From a virus, in the IMG/VR virus record IMGVR_UViG_3300020193_000009, positions 1 to 64,000 of that record: DNA of 64,000 bases, one strand, 5' to 3'. Shown here piece after piece: positions 45,508-55,953 of the stretch. The notes under the pieces were generated by a model. It searched no databases, was not told the origin of the DNA, and saw only the letters and a program-made list of their open reading frames with translations. Every line of letters starts with the position of its first letter. Position 1 is the stretch's first letter. The position numbers and the translations under genes are program-made.

Positions 45508-46721
45508 TAAATATCCCACTCCTCTGTCCATTTTCCTGTTTCTAAGTTCCACCTAAGATAGAAGCCGAAATGCGGAGCTCGCCTTACTTTCCTAGATACC
45601 ACTTGAAATAAGTCTGACGATATTTCTCTATGTATCGCCAATACTAAGTCGGCATCATATGCCAACTGTTTACTCCAAGCGACTTCTTCCAACTCCGGTG
45701 GTCTTTCCGAGTGACCATCAGCCATTGTTACAGCAGCAACATCTACAATTGGAACATTGTTTTTTACCGCCATTCGTTTAAAGGATTTAGATAAGTTCTT
45801 TGCTTTTTCAGTCTCTGTTCTAGAACCTGATGCGTCATCAAATAAGCCATGATAATCTAAAATAACAATGTCCGGATGATATTGATCTATCTTTGCTTGC
45901 ACCATATTTTGGTCTGCAGTTTCAAGACCTTCTGACGTAACAAGATGAATTGCGTGTTTGCCAGTAAATGTTGCTTCAGCCCATTTTTCGTATGTCTCAA
46001 TAATCGCCGGATTGGCTTTTACCAAATCGCTATTGGTAAAATGCCCTTCGCCATTATTTAAAAGAGTATCTAACCTTTGCCCCTCTTGTTGTTTATTCAT
46101 TTCAAGAGAAATAATTAAAGGTCTATATCCAGCTTTCCATGCGTTCACTGCAAACAATCTTGCAATAAATGATTTACCAACGCCTGTCCAGCCTAAAAGA
46201 ACAACAAAGTCTCCAGGTTGCCAACCACCAAACACTTTGTCAATAACATTGATGCCTGAAGGTATTCCTTGAATTTCTTTTTTATTCTTAGATCTTTCCT
46301 TTAAATCCTCTGACCTATCTTTCCACTCACCAACCAAGTCAGTATCTTTTAAATTACTTGAAAACTTGTAGAGCTTAGATGTCTCCTCCATTAAATAAGA
46401 CAGCGCTTGCCTTGCGCCGGTGTCACTAATAAGGCTGTGAGCTTTAGAGACGATGCTTCTTGTTTGATATGCTAAAGATTCTTTTTTTGCCTCATCAATA
46501 TAATATTCAATTGGCTCAGGTGTTGATATAAACTCAAAATCTGGATGGTGTTGCTTAATTGTTTCTTTAGATGGTACACGCTTGTGATTTTCATAATGAT
46601 TGACAATAAAATTCCAGATATCACGGTACTCTAAGAAAACATTTTCAACTCCACCATTTACGGAAGAAATATAATCTTTGGACTCAATAATTGCATTAAG
46701 CAATCTAACTTCGTAATTCAT
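45507..46721 (-). CDS. dnaB: DnaB-like replicative helicase
   Basis: GWTGVGKS, SLEM, ILDY, YDADLV. Confidence 0.92.
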   Translation of the reverse strand: MNYEVRLLNAIIESKDYISSVNGGVENVFLEYRDIWNFIVNHYENHKRVPSKETIKQHHPDFEFISTPEPIEYYIDEAKKESLAYQTRSIVSKAHSLISDTGARQALSYLMEETSKLYKFSSNLKDTDLVGEWKDRSEDLKERSKNKKEIQGIPSGINVIDKVFGGWQPGDFVVLLGWTGVGKSFIARLFAVNAWKAGYRPLIISLEMNKQQEGQRLDTLLNNGEGHFTNSDLVKANPAIIETYEKWAEATFTGKHAIHLVTSEGLETADQNMVQAKIDQYHPDIVILDYHGLFDDASGSRTETEKAKNLSKSFKRMAVKNNVPIVDVAAVTMADGHSERPPELEEVAWSKQLAYDADLVLAIHREISSDLFQVVSRKVRRAPHFGFYLRWNLETGKWTEEWDI

Positions 46722-47024
46722 TTACGATTCCAGTCTTTTTTTAGTTTCCTGTACAATGTCCTTAAACCTATCCTGTGATTTCTTCTCAAATTCTACCCTT
46801 TCAACGAATGTTCTAGATTCTATCGCAAAATCAAATACTAAAAATGGACCCGGACGATTTTTTATAAAATATTCAACGGCTGCCTCAAGATTATCTTTTT
46901 TATAAAAAGATGCCAATGCATCAGCAACTTGCTCCTGCCTTGGAGAATCGGGTATAAAAAGCTTATGATACTTTTTGCAACAACTTTTGAAGTACTCTAT
47001 CAGTTCGCTTCCAGTTAGTATCAT
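46722..47024 (-). CDS. Hypothetical protein (possible helicase partner)
   Basis: Abuts the helicase gene. Confidence 0.65.
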   Translation of the reverse strand: MILTGSELIEYFKSCCKKYHKLFIPDSPRQEQVADALASFYKKDNLEAAVEYFIKNRPGPFLVFDFAIESRTFVERVEFEKKSQDRFKDIVQETKKRLES

Positions 47025-47253
47025 CTCCTTTACTCACCTCTTTCCAAGTCTCCTGCATTACATCAAACTCTGACAAGCCGCCATTTACGCCGTAAAAAGA
47101 ATCCGTTTGCCACATATTAAGAATACATTCTTTTCTTACAGTGCATGACTTGCAAACATTTTTTGCATACTGCACTTCTTCATATTTATAAGAAAACCAA
47201 CGTTTACTATTTTTATCTATAAGGCAAAGCGCACGCTTTCTCCAAGAACTCAT
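46963..47253 (-). CDS. whiB: WhiB-family transcription factor
   Basis: WRKRALC..AKNVCKSCTVRKEC..GVNGG. Confidence 0.88.
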   Translation of the reverse strand: MSSWRKRALCLIDKNSKRWFSYKYEEVQYAKNVCKSCTVRKECILNMWQTDSFYGVNGGLSEFDVMQETWKEVSKGDDTNWKRTDRVLQKLLQKVS

Positions 47254-47471
47254 GATTTTTCTGTATCCAGCTCCTGCAGTTTAGCTTCAATTTGAGAGTC
47301 AACTGCTTCCCATAATTTCTCCCAACCTTCTTCGTCTTCAATTCCTTTGCAAACAACTCTTGCACCAGCATCTAATCTGAGTGACTCGTAGTTACCAAGA
47401 TTTTTGGTAATACCAACGGATGCCCAAATCTCAACCTGATCTTGTTGTAGCTGTTTATTTACTTGTGCCAT
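47250..47471 (-). CDS. Conserved small phage protein
   Basis: VGITKNLGNYESLRLDA. Confidence 0.7.
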   Translation of the reverse strand: MAQVNKQLQQDQVEIWASVGITKNLGNYESLRLDAGARVVCKGIEDEEGWEKLWEAVDSQIEAKLQELDTEKS

Positions 47472-47473
47472 AA

Positions 47474-47908
47474 CTATCTCCTTTTTAATTTTATTTTTTG
47501 TGACATTCTTATAACCTTAGCCTGAACTGGTTTACTGCTAGACGGTCTCCCCGGTGTTCTGCCATTAAAAAAAGCAACCATATCGTAGACATCTTGCTTT
47601 TCATAATATCGCCAATTTTTATACCCATCGCAAGTTTCGCTAAACTTTTTCCCGCTTGGTATTAGATTACGTTTTTCATATTTTCTAATCGTATCTGGTC
47701 TTTTCTCTACTATCTTTGCAACCTCTCCTATTGTATATATTCTATGCAAAATAAGTTCTGCATTTTGAAATGGAAATATATTTTCTTGCTTTGTCAATAA
47801 ATCAACCGCATAAACTTGATTCATATTCTTAACAATTTTTTTTATTTTAACAATTGTATTAGAATATTTGTAAAATTTATTTTTGATAATTTTGTCATGT
47901 AATGACAT
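47474..47908 (-). CDS. MerR-like HTH DNA-binding protein
   Basis: YTIGEVAKIV....DTIRKYEK..LIP..WRYY. Confidence 0.82.
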   Translation of the reverse strand: MSLHDKIIKNKFYKYSNTIVKIKKIVKNMNQVYAVDLLTKQENIFPFQNAELILHRIYTIGEVAKIVEKRPDTIRKYEKRNLIPSGKKFSETCDGYKNWRYYEKQDVYDMVAFFNGRTPGRPSSSKPVQAKVIRMSQKIKLKRR

Positions 47909-48152
47909 ATCTTTCCTTAACTGGCTTAAATCCAAACTCTTTAAGAATTATATTTAACTCGCCTATTTCTATATCAACGCCCCTAGCGCACCCAATACAT
48001 GTTAAATCAATATAATTTTTCTTTAATGCAAAGTATTGAACACCCAACAGCATTTTATTATGACACCTTACACATCTTAACTCTCTATTGCGATAATAAC
48101 TTTTTAATTCCGGTATATCAATTCTTTTATTTTTAGATTTATCATTCATCAT
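47895..48152 (-). CDS. Zn-ribbon protein
   Basis: CVRC..CIGC. Confidence 0.7.
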   Translation of the reverse strand: MMNDKSKNKRIDIPELKSYYRNRELRCVRCHNKMLLGVQYFALKKNYIDLTCIGCARGVDIEIGELNIILKEFGFKPVKERYVIT

Positions 48153-49314
48153 CTAACCAGCAATTATATTCTGCTGTTACCATTCCTTTCTCGGGATGTA
48201 TAAATATTAATGATTGTGATGGTCTACCTGCAGCAGCTAAAGTTTCAGCAGCATATGTATTTACAGATTCCGGACTGCCTGAAATTCTTAATTGAACAGT
48301 ATTAAAAGTCATCTTCGTTGGGGCATGAAAATGACCAATATAAATATCATCAAAGTCTTCTTCTATTGCACCAACTTTCCAACCATACGCTTTCTTTTGA
48401 AAGGTATAAAAAGACGAAAAACTTTTAAACTGATCGCCGTGACAAAGTAATGCTCTATATTTACCAACTTTATCAATTGCATACCAATGTCGATCACCAC
48501 GTCCATCTGGAATAATGAATTTGATTCGGGGCTCTTTCTCAAACATTAACTGAGTAATACGGTACAGCATTCTGTCTCCGTTTGTTTCTGGGTCGTGGTC
48601 TTTGCTTGCCCTACCACCGATTCTACCGTGATTACCAATAACACCAACAAATGTAACCTTTTCAAAATTTTCAAGCATTATATTAATAAAATTTTTCATT
48701 ATTCTTGGACCATCTACAGTAATTTGTCTATACAAACCACCATCTACTAAGAATGATTGACCAGGAAATATAAGCTCACCTTCTATTAAATCACCAAGAG
48801 CCCATATTCTTATTTCTTTTACTGGATGATCTTTTCTTTGTATATTTGTAAGATTAATAACTTTTTCTGCATACTTATAAATTCTTTGTTCACATATAGA
48901 AGAATTATAGTCTGGTGTTATCTTTGACAACTGCCAATCGGATAAAATAGCAGCAGCAACTTCTTCATTGCCGCGTCTTTTATCAATTTTTGGCTTTGGT
49001 GCTGGCTTATATTTTGCTGAAATAATTTCATCCCTTACAGCTTCATATACTGCCGAAGCAAGGTCATCACTCTTTGTCTTTAATTTATTATACTCTTGCA
49101 ACAATCTAGTATATGCAACTTTTATTTCCGCTTCCGACTCAGGCTTCTTACCTGAAACTGGATCTGTTGGCACTTCAAATAACCCCTTTTCTCTACGAAA
49201 TTTACAAAGACCATTAATATCGACCGACCTGCGACATTCTTTATCCGCATATTTTTGATTTGCTGTTTTGGGTTCGAATTCTTGGTCGCAACCATCTGTG
49301 TCGCAAATTTTCAT
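48142..49314 (-). CDS. Calcineurin-like metallophosphoesterase
   Basis: SDWQ, GDLIEG, GNHG, HGD, GHFH. Confidence 0.88.
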   Translation of the reverse strand: MKICDTDGCDQEFEPKTANQKYADKECRRSVDINGLCKFRREKGLFEVPTDPVSGKKPESEAEIKVAYTRLLQEYNKLKTKSDDLASAVYEAVRDEIISAKYKPAPKPKIDKRRGNEEVAAAILSDWQLSKITPDYNSSICEQRIYKYAEKVINLTNIQRKDHPVKEIRIWALGDLIEGELIFPGQSFLVDGGLYRQITVDGPRIMKNFINIMLENFEKVTFVGVIGNHGRIGGRASKDHDPETNGDRMLYRITQLMFEKEPRIKFIIPDGRGDRHWYAIDKVGKYRALLCHGDQFKSFSSFYTFQKKAYGWKVGAIEEDFDDIYIGHFHAPTKMTFNTVQLRISGSPESVNTYAAETLAAAGRPSQSLIFIHPEKGMVTAEYNCWLDDE

Positions 49315-49322
49315 AAGGTCAA

Positions 49323-49772
49323 TTATACACCATCGCTGTAAAATTTTTGATCGCCCGAAACATTCTTTAAATTTATTTTAGACTTTTCTCTTAATTCATC
49401 ATTCTTCCGGCGCATCGTTTCTCGCATCTTAGCACGGTGCTTTTCAGATGGCTTTCTACCTTCTCTGTGTATCGCACTGTGTTCAGGAACTGTACATAAA
49501 AATAAATTTTCTACACGATTGTCTGTTTTTATTTCATTTATATGATGAACGGTTTCCCAAGGTTCAAGGTATCTATTTAGATATGCTTCAAAAACAAGCC
49601 GATGCTCATACACATATCCTTTAATATTATATTGATGTTCTGGATTTAAAATCCTAACATAGCCTTTATCATCTATATATTTACCACCACCATAATTTGG
49701 ATTATTTTCTCCATGAATTGTTTTAGCTGTCCATTCAATATCTTTTCTTTTAGAAGCTAAAGTTTCTTTCAT
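49323..49772 (-). CDS. HNH endonuclease
   Basis: YEHRLV..VHHINE.K.DNR.ENL..H..IH. Confidence 0.9.
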   Translation of the reverse strand: MKETLASKRKDIEWTAKTIHGENNPNYGGGKYIDDKGYVRILNPEHQYNIKGYVYEHRLVFEAYLNRYLEPWETVHHINEIKTDNRVENLFLCTVPEHSAIHREGRKPSEKHRAKMRETMRRKNDELREKSKINLKNVSGDQKFYSDGV

Positions 49773-50431
49773 TAAACAGCAGCGCCAGCATCTTCTATCA
49801 TTAATTGTAATCTTTCAGTTTGACTAGAAATAACGGCAACTTGTGGAGCGTTTGTTAAGTTAGATGTACCGCCAGTTCTTTCGACAGAAACTGAAAATGA
49901 TTCCGCAGTTAACCCACCACCGCTTGGTAGCAAAACAGAATACGTTCCGGCTCCAACATAAGCAATATCACCAGATTTTATAGTTGTAGCTATTGTGCTT
50001 GCATTTGCAGCTACATTGTAAAGTTCATAAGCAAACGGTGTAAAATTCCACACAGCTCTTGGGGATGTAGCCCCGTAGCCAGCCGATAGGGCATTCCATA
50101 TCTTTAATGACAATTTTGCATCCTCCGCGCCTTTTCCGGTAATTTGAAAACCAGGAAACACACATGTTATTTTATACAAACGATTTTGATCGACGGTTAC
50201 TCTTTGATCAGAACCACCATTTGGATTTGTCAAGGCTAATATTTGAGTATTACTTGTTACATTTGCAACTAAAGTTCCACTTGTATGCTCTATGTATTCT
50301 AAAACACCCTGTGGTTTTGAATCATTAGCATCTCTAATTTGTTCTATATTTAAAGACATCTGAGCTAGGCGGTCTGATGAAAGAGGTGTTCCATCGGTCC
50401 ATGAGACAAAGACGTAATTTTCGTAAGCCAT
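49772..50431 (-). CDS. Minor tail/fibre-associated protein
   Basis: V.W.DGTPL....L..M N-terminus, beta-rich; follows the fibre gene. Confidence 0.6.
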   Translation of the reverse strand: MAYENYVFVSWTDGTPLSSDRLAQMSLNIEQIRDANDSKPQGVLEYIEHTSGTLVANVTSNTQILALTNPNGGSDQRVTVDQNRLYKITCVFPGFQITGKGAEDAKLSLKIWNALSAGYGATSPRAVWNFTPFAYELYNVAANASTIATTIKSGDIAYVGAGTYSVLLPSGGGLTAESFSVSVERTGGTSNLTNAPQVAVISSQTERLQLMIEDAGAAV

Positions 50432-51928
50432 TTAACTATTATACCCTAATTGCTGTTCCAGTGCTTTCAATCTGGCATTTAAATCTACAATAGCTGCCAG
50501 TAGATGCGGGATCATTTTTGCATAAATAACTTGATAATACCCTCCTGGGGTTTGAGGGGCTTCTACAAATTCTGGGAAATTAACCTTTAATTCATCCGCC
50601 ATAACACCAATACTATGTTTGCCTTGAAGCCAGGGACTGGAAATGTCTTTTTTATAATCAAATTCATAGATTTTTGTATTATAAATTTTTTGCAATACAT
50701 CAGAAGTAATTGATTGAATATTTTCTTTTAATCTTCTATCTGAATCATAGCCATCTGGGTAAAAGAATGGTCTAACATTTGGGTCATTGTTGACTATACA
50801 TGTCAGCTCGCCGGCGGCGTTATCCCAACCAAACGCTATTCCAAATCTGTCTCCAGCAAGATTAGATGCGTTATAATAAACACCAGTCCCCCCAGCGATA
50901 ATCGTATCGCCTGACTCAATCCCCCCGCCCGATTCAAGGGTTCCATCAGCATATATATCTGCATCAGAAATAATATCTACACCAGCATAAATAGTGTCAT
51001 TAGCAACAATAACGTCTCCCTCAATAACTCCGTTTGTTTCTATTTTAGAATATGTAGCATAAGAATAATTCCCACCACTTTGCAATCTCCAATTGTCATA
51101 CAAATATTCTGCACCTATAAAAACTCCAGCCATTGGATCACTGAATGGTGCATCTATTCGAAGCCCTGCTCTAACTTCGCCAGTATTTTGCCAATTACTG
51201 TGCAGAGGGGCAAGTCCAGATCCGTATGGAAATAATTTGCCTATATCCAGTGTCCCAAGGAAATTTCCACCGGTATGCATACTGTCTGGGGAATTAGCAT
51301 GCCCAATGTCAAATCCAGCAATCTTCCCACCTGTAGCTTGCAAATTACCAGTTGTGACATCTCCTGTAACAGACAGATCTGACCCATTAAATAACATAAA
51401 TTCAGAACTGCTGCCGACTCTAAAGTGTCCATTTGAATACCAATAATTATTATTATTAATAACTAAAGCACCGGCTGTGAGTGTTCCTCGAATAGTAGTT
51501 GCATCAAATGCAGCATCTCCAGCATATGTTATAGCCCAGCCCAGTGTGCCTTTTGATGTTATAGTACCATTTGCTGCAATTGTTCCATCAAAGTTACTAC
51601 TTCGTATAACATTGTTAATTAAAACAATATTTGCAGATAGTTCACCGGCAGTAACGGCTCCAGCTGCAATATGAACAGATTGAATTGAATTTGGCAACAG
51701 TCTGATTCCGGCAGGACCAAGAACGTCTGAGCTAACAATATCTGAAATAACAGCCTTAAGTGATTGAAAATTGGCTTCCTGCCTATTCCTTCTTGCGCTA
51801 CTAATTGTGCCTGTAAATCCTATATTAAAATCATATATAGAATATTTATCAGTTTTAATTAAAGAAGATGCATCGCCATCATGATCGTGACCACCTGGAA
51901 AAAATATTATAGAGTTTTCAGATGTCAT
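50432..51928 (-). CDS. Tail fibre with C-terminal intramolecular chaperone (peptidase S74)
   Basis: SDRRLKENI..G.MADEL..P..Y..MIP.L..AI..L..RL. Confidence 0.85.
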   Translation of the reverse strand: MTSENSIIFFPGGHDHDGDASSLIKTDKYSIYDFNIGFTGTISSARRNRQEANFQSLKAVISDIVSSDVLGPAGIRLLPNSIQSVHIAAGAVTAGELSANIVLINNVIRSSNFDGTIAANGTITSKGTLGWAITYAGDAAFDATTIRGTLTAGALVINNNNYWYSNGHFRVGSSSEFMLFNGSDLSVTGDVTTGNLQATGGKIAGFDIGHANSPDSMHTGGNFLGTLDIGKLFPYGSGLAPLHSNWQNTGEVRAGLRIDAPFSDPMAGVFIGAEYLYDNWRLQSGGNYSYATYSKIETNGVIEGDVIVANDTIYAGVDIISDADIYADGTLESGGGIESGDTIIAGGTGVYYNASNLAGDRFGIAFGWDNAAGELTCIVNNDPNVRPFFYPDGYDSDRRLKENIQSITSDVLQKIYNTKIYEFDYKKDISSPWLQGKHSIGVMADELKVNFPEFVEAPQTPGGYYQVIYAKMIPHLLAAIVDLNARLKALEQQLGYNS

Positions 51929-54900
51929 TACACAACCTTCCTTATAACTAATTTTTGATTTAGTGATTTATTATAATCAAGATCACTGCTAATTACCCAA
52001 TAGTCACCATTTATTATATCAAAAGCATTAAAGCTAGATATTCTTATCCTATCTCCCAATTGAAGTTTTGCAACTGGTAATATTGAAATATTAATAATCG
52101 GTACAGGCTCACCCATTTTTGAAATTATAAAACTAGCTAATTTTCTAGCATATTCTAGATTTGTTATATATTCATTTTCTATAACCAGCTCTTTCAAACC
52201 ATATTTTCTAATGTTGTCATCAAGCACTTGTTTTTGCTCTTTAACATCTCCATTTGCATCAGTTATTGCAACAGGTATACCGGCTATACGAGATTGATGA
52301 GTTTCACCCGTTTCTGCATTTGTTCCTTCTAAATAAATAATATCACCAGAAAAAGTATTATTTGATGCAGCAATAATCATCATTGCACCATAAGGTGTTG
52401 GATTAAACCTAATCAATTCTAATTTTGGAGGTTTAACCTGTGTTATATTTGTTATTAGCGGAAGCTGGACCATGAAGGCAGGAGACTTGTCAAATTTTAA
52501 TTGATCGTATACTTTAACTTCTCGAACGAGAGCATTTTGATTATGACTAGCAGCAGCCGTATCATATTGAGCTCTATCAAGTATTAAAAATGAATTTGAA
52601 GTAGCATTTGAATATTTAATTATTTCATCATCAATTTTAACATAACCATTTTTTGGAAAGTACGGCTCATTTGTTGATTTTACACTCATACTTACATCAG
52701 CGCTTGTCATTGCGCTAGTTAAGTTTGTAACCGCTACAGATGTAGTTTCTGGATGCCAAAGACCTTGTTTAGAAGATTCTGGTTTTGAAACACCAGCTAC
52801 TTTAATTACAACTTTATTTGTTTGCAATTGAACATTAAAATCTGCTTCAATAATATTAGTTGAATCTGAAAATGTATACTGAACATTTGCATGTTGATCA
52901 ATAGATGGTTCAAAAAATCTAAAATAGTGATCATATTTTGCATTATTTAACTCATCAAAATATAATCTACCTAAATCAGCTATTGTTATATCATTTATAA
53001 TAGATTCTATTGTAGTATCATTTCCATATATAAATGGTAAAATTTGTATTGGTTGCATTTGTGTTTGTATATAGTTTTCCTTTACTTGTTGCGCATCGAA
53101 TGAGTCATTAAAAATTGCAAATTCATCTATGTAAAAAGATCTAGTAGTTGCCGGGGCAACCTCTCCAGCGCCAGCATTAAAACTTGAACCACGACCACCG
53201 ATTGTTATATCTTTATCTGTAAAATTCAAAAGACTTCCTGATGTTGTAACAGTATTTTTCAAATCCCCGTTTACATAATATTTTAAAGAATTATTACTAA
53301 AAGTAATACTAATTAAACTAGAATTAGTATTTGACAAAGCTGAATTAGAAGAAATAGTTTGTATTCCGTTAGAGGTTATAAATTTAAAACCATTTGATGA
53401 AGAATTAGAATAGAATTCAAATCCATTAGAAGGAGATGAATTATTAAAACAACTTAAATATTCACCATCATTTGAGAAAGATCCATTATGAAATTTACCA
53501 TATAATTCTATAGAAAATTTACCTGTATAATTATCTCCAGCAGAATTAAAAACATCAAAAGACTGGTGATATGGGATTCTAATATAGCTATTAGAATTTA
53601 ATAAAACACTTCTGTTGTCAGAATCAGAAACTACTCCAGAAAGTTCAGAAATTTTTGGTTCAGATAAATACAGCCCATTATTTCTGGTTCCAGATCTCTC
53701 AACAATATTTACGTTTGGAATCCCATTTACAATGGGAAGCGTAGGTGTCCACGAATTAGACGAAAAAGTAAGATATGAGTTGCTATTTTTAGAACCTACA
53801 TAATCGACCGCAGCAATTGTAAAGCATTCGTTACTGTATACCCAGTCAATACTTGCATTAAATTCTTTTTGTAGAAAAATTTGAAATGGCTCATTTGCAG
53901 GATTTTGTTCTGTAAAAAATTCAATTCTAATATCATAAACCTTACCGGCAGTTAGGTTGTATAAAGCAGAAGATACATATGCGGCACTATTGGTTCCTGT
54001 ATCCAGGTTGTACCATCTATCAATAATTTTTACATTATTTAAATACAGCCTTGCACCACCATTGTTTAAACCTAAAATCAATCTTTGATTACCGGTATTT
54101 TTTGGAATATAGTAGCCATCAAATACACCATTAAAATAACTTGTTACTGTCTCATTTGTTTTTGAAACAAATTGACCGGATATAAAATTTAAAGCTTTGC
54201 TCGCTCCAGCTTGAGTAGATATTTCTTTTGATGTTGTATGTAGAGATGGAGAAACAAATGTTCTTATCTCCAAAGCTCTTTCATATGATGATAAATATTT
54301 GTCATTAGCGTCTAGAACAATATCCCTTACCGAGTTAAGATCGGTATTTGGAACTTTAAACAATCTTGCTCTCAAAGAAGTAGCTACAGTTCTTTGATTA
54401 TTAGCTCTATCAACACTATTTTCATCAAAACCAAAATGCAATACTGCATTATTTTTACAATAAAATTCTTTTGGTTTTTTTAAATATTTTATATCTTTTT
54501 TAGGAAAATTTGTCATCATTAACAATTGTTCAATAGCTTTCCCAACAGTACTTTCTTGAATTAAATAACCTTTTGTGATCATTTTATCTTTAGAAAATTT
54601 TCCTCTATCTGTCAGATTAGCTTTTATAGACATACTGCTTGATGACCCCTGCCACTCATCAACATAAAAAACACCAACTGGAACATATTCAAATATGTCA
54701 AATACTACTGACGAATTAACTGTGTGATTTCTTGCTTTTGTATCCCCCACCCCTCTCTCTATAACATTAAAAGAATTCCCGCTTTCTTTTCTTGCAATGA
54801 TTCTTTCTTGATTTGTGGTTCCGGGATTTATTGTTAAGAGGTAATCATCTCCAGCCCCACCGGTTGGGAAATCGTTTACATTAAAAACGCTAATTGTATT

Positions 54901-55953
54901 TGCCACAGTTGAAACATTTGATGCGATAGTTGTGGTAATTTGATCACTAGGGTGTGATTGCCTCTCCCACCCTAAATATATATGACAACGTAAATCTTTT
55001 TTCATATACTTTCCAAATGTTGAGGAAGAGTTGAAAATATTAAAGTCTTTAAGTGAGTTGTCTAAATTTATAGAAGCAGAATTACTACCACCGCCTGCAA
55101 TCGGCAAACTGCTTTCATGAACATCTCTAGTTTTAGAACTATTAAAGTCCATAATATAATCTGTTAAATCATATCTATAAATTGGACATACCTCATTAAC
55201 TCTTGCATGATCTAATGGATTTTTAGTTGTATAAATTGTTAATAATATTTTATTAATATTATCATTACTAATAGATTCTAAATAATGATTAAAGTAATAA
55301 GAATTAGCTGGTATTTCTCCATCTTCATTATAAACAAGTGTATTGGTATTATAATATGCTTTAATATTATAAGCACATATTTGACCATTATACTCAGAAG
55401 TAATTATTTTAATTAAATTTACTTTTCTTTCTGTAAACAAATATGTTAATATTACTGGGGATGCAAATTCATAACCGGTAAATGTAGCATGAAGATTTGA
55501 TGTAGTTTTAGTAGATGATTCATAACCAAATTCATAATTTTCTTCTTTTGTAGGCGGCAGACAGTGCCACTGACCATTTGCCGTAATTGTTTTACCATAT
55601 TTATCTTTTGCATCACAAACACCCCACGTAAAAGATTGCCTTTCAATTCCATTTATAGATTCATTTGGCGTAAAATAAAAATCTTTTTGCCTAGCTTTGT
55701 TAAAAACTATTTCATTAGCAGAAAGCGCTCTTTGCTTTGCGAGGAGTCCGTTGGCATTATTAATTATATCTTGATTGGACTTTGATGTGTAGGTAGAATT
55801 AGACGATGCTATTTGCGTATTTCCAACTTTATCAACATGCCTGCTGTCCAGCCAGTCTATAATAATTAATGGTTTAACTCTTTGTGAAATTGCAGATATA
55901 GCAGTATTATAAGAAGATGAAAGATCAATATTATATTTGCCTTTTGTAAGCAT
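51928..55953 (-). CDS. Large tail tip/hub protein with PA14-like and LamG-like domains
   Basis: GGARLYLNN..IID.W..LTAG..YDIRIEF; YYVNG..ITIGG..IDEFAIFN. Confidence 0.78.
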   Translation of the reverse strand: MLTKGKYNIDLSSSYNTAISAISQRVKPLIIIDWLDSRHVDKVGNTQIASSNSTYTSKSNQDIINNANGLLAKQRALSANEIVFNKARQKDFYFTPNESINGIERQSFTWGVCDAKDKYGKTITANGQWHCLPPTKEENYEFGYESSTKTTSNLHATFTGYEFASPVILTYLFTERKVNLIKIITSEYNGQICAYNIKAYYNTNTLVYNEDGEIPANSYYFNHYLESISNDNINKILLTIYTTKNPLDHARVNEVCPIYRYDLTDYIMDFNSSKTRDVHESSLPIAGGGSNSASINLDNSLKDFNIFNSSSTFGKYMKKDLRCHIYLGWERQSHPSDQITTTIASNVSTVANTISVFNVNDFPTGGAGDDYLLTINPGTTNQERIIARKESGNSFNVIERGVGDTKARNHTVNSSVVFDIFEYVPVGVFYVDEWQGSSSSMSIKANLTDRGKFSKDKMITKGYLIQESTVGKAIEQLLMMTNFPKKDIKYLKKPKEFYCKNNAVLHFGFDENSVDRANNQRTVATSLRARLFKVPNTDLNSVRDIVLDANDKYLSSYERALEIRTFVSPSLHTTSKEISTQAGASKALNFISGQFVSKTNETVTSYFNGVFDGYYIPKNTGNQRLILGLNNGGARLYLNNVKIIDRWYNLDTGTNSAAYVSSALYNLTAGKVYDIRIEFFTEQNPANEPFQIFLQKEFNASIDWVYSNECFTIAAVDYVGSKNSNSYLTFSSNSWTPTLPIVNGIPNVNIVERSGTRNNGLYLSEPKISELSGVVSDSDNRSVLLNSNSYIRIPYHQSFDVFNSAGDNYTGKFSIELYGKFHNGSFSNDGEYLSCFNNSSPSNGFEFYSNSSSNGFKFITSNGIQTISSNSALSNTNSSLISITFSNNSLKYYVNGDLKNTVTTSGSLLNFTDKDITIGGRGSSFNAGAGEVAPATTRSFYIDEFAIFNDSFDAQQVKENYIQTQMQPIQILPFIYGNDTTIESIINDITIADLGRLYFDELNNAKYDHYFRFFEPSIDQHANVQYTFSDSTNIIEADFNVQLQTNKVVIKVAGVSKPESSKQGLWHPETTSVAVTNLTSAMTSADVSMSVKSTNEPYFPKNGYVKIDDEIIKYSNATSNSFLILDRAQYDTAAASHNQNALVREVKVYDQLKFDKSPAFMVQLPLITNITQVKPPKLELIRFNPTPYGAMMIIAASNNTFSGDIIYLEGTNAETGETHQSRIAGIPVAITDANGDVKEQKQVLDDNIRKYGLKELVIENEYITNLEYARKLASFIISKMGEPVPIINISILPVAKLQLGDRIRISSFNAFDIINGDYWVISSDLDYNKSLNQKLVIRKVV

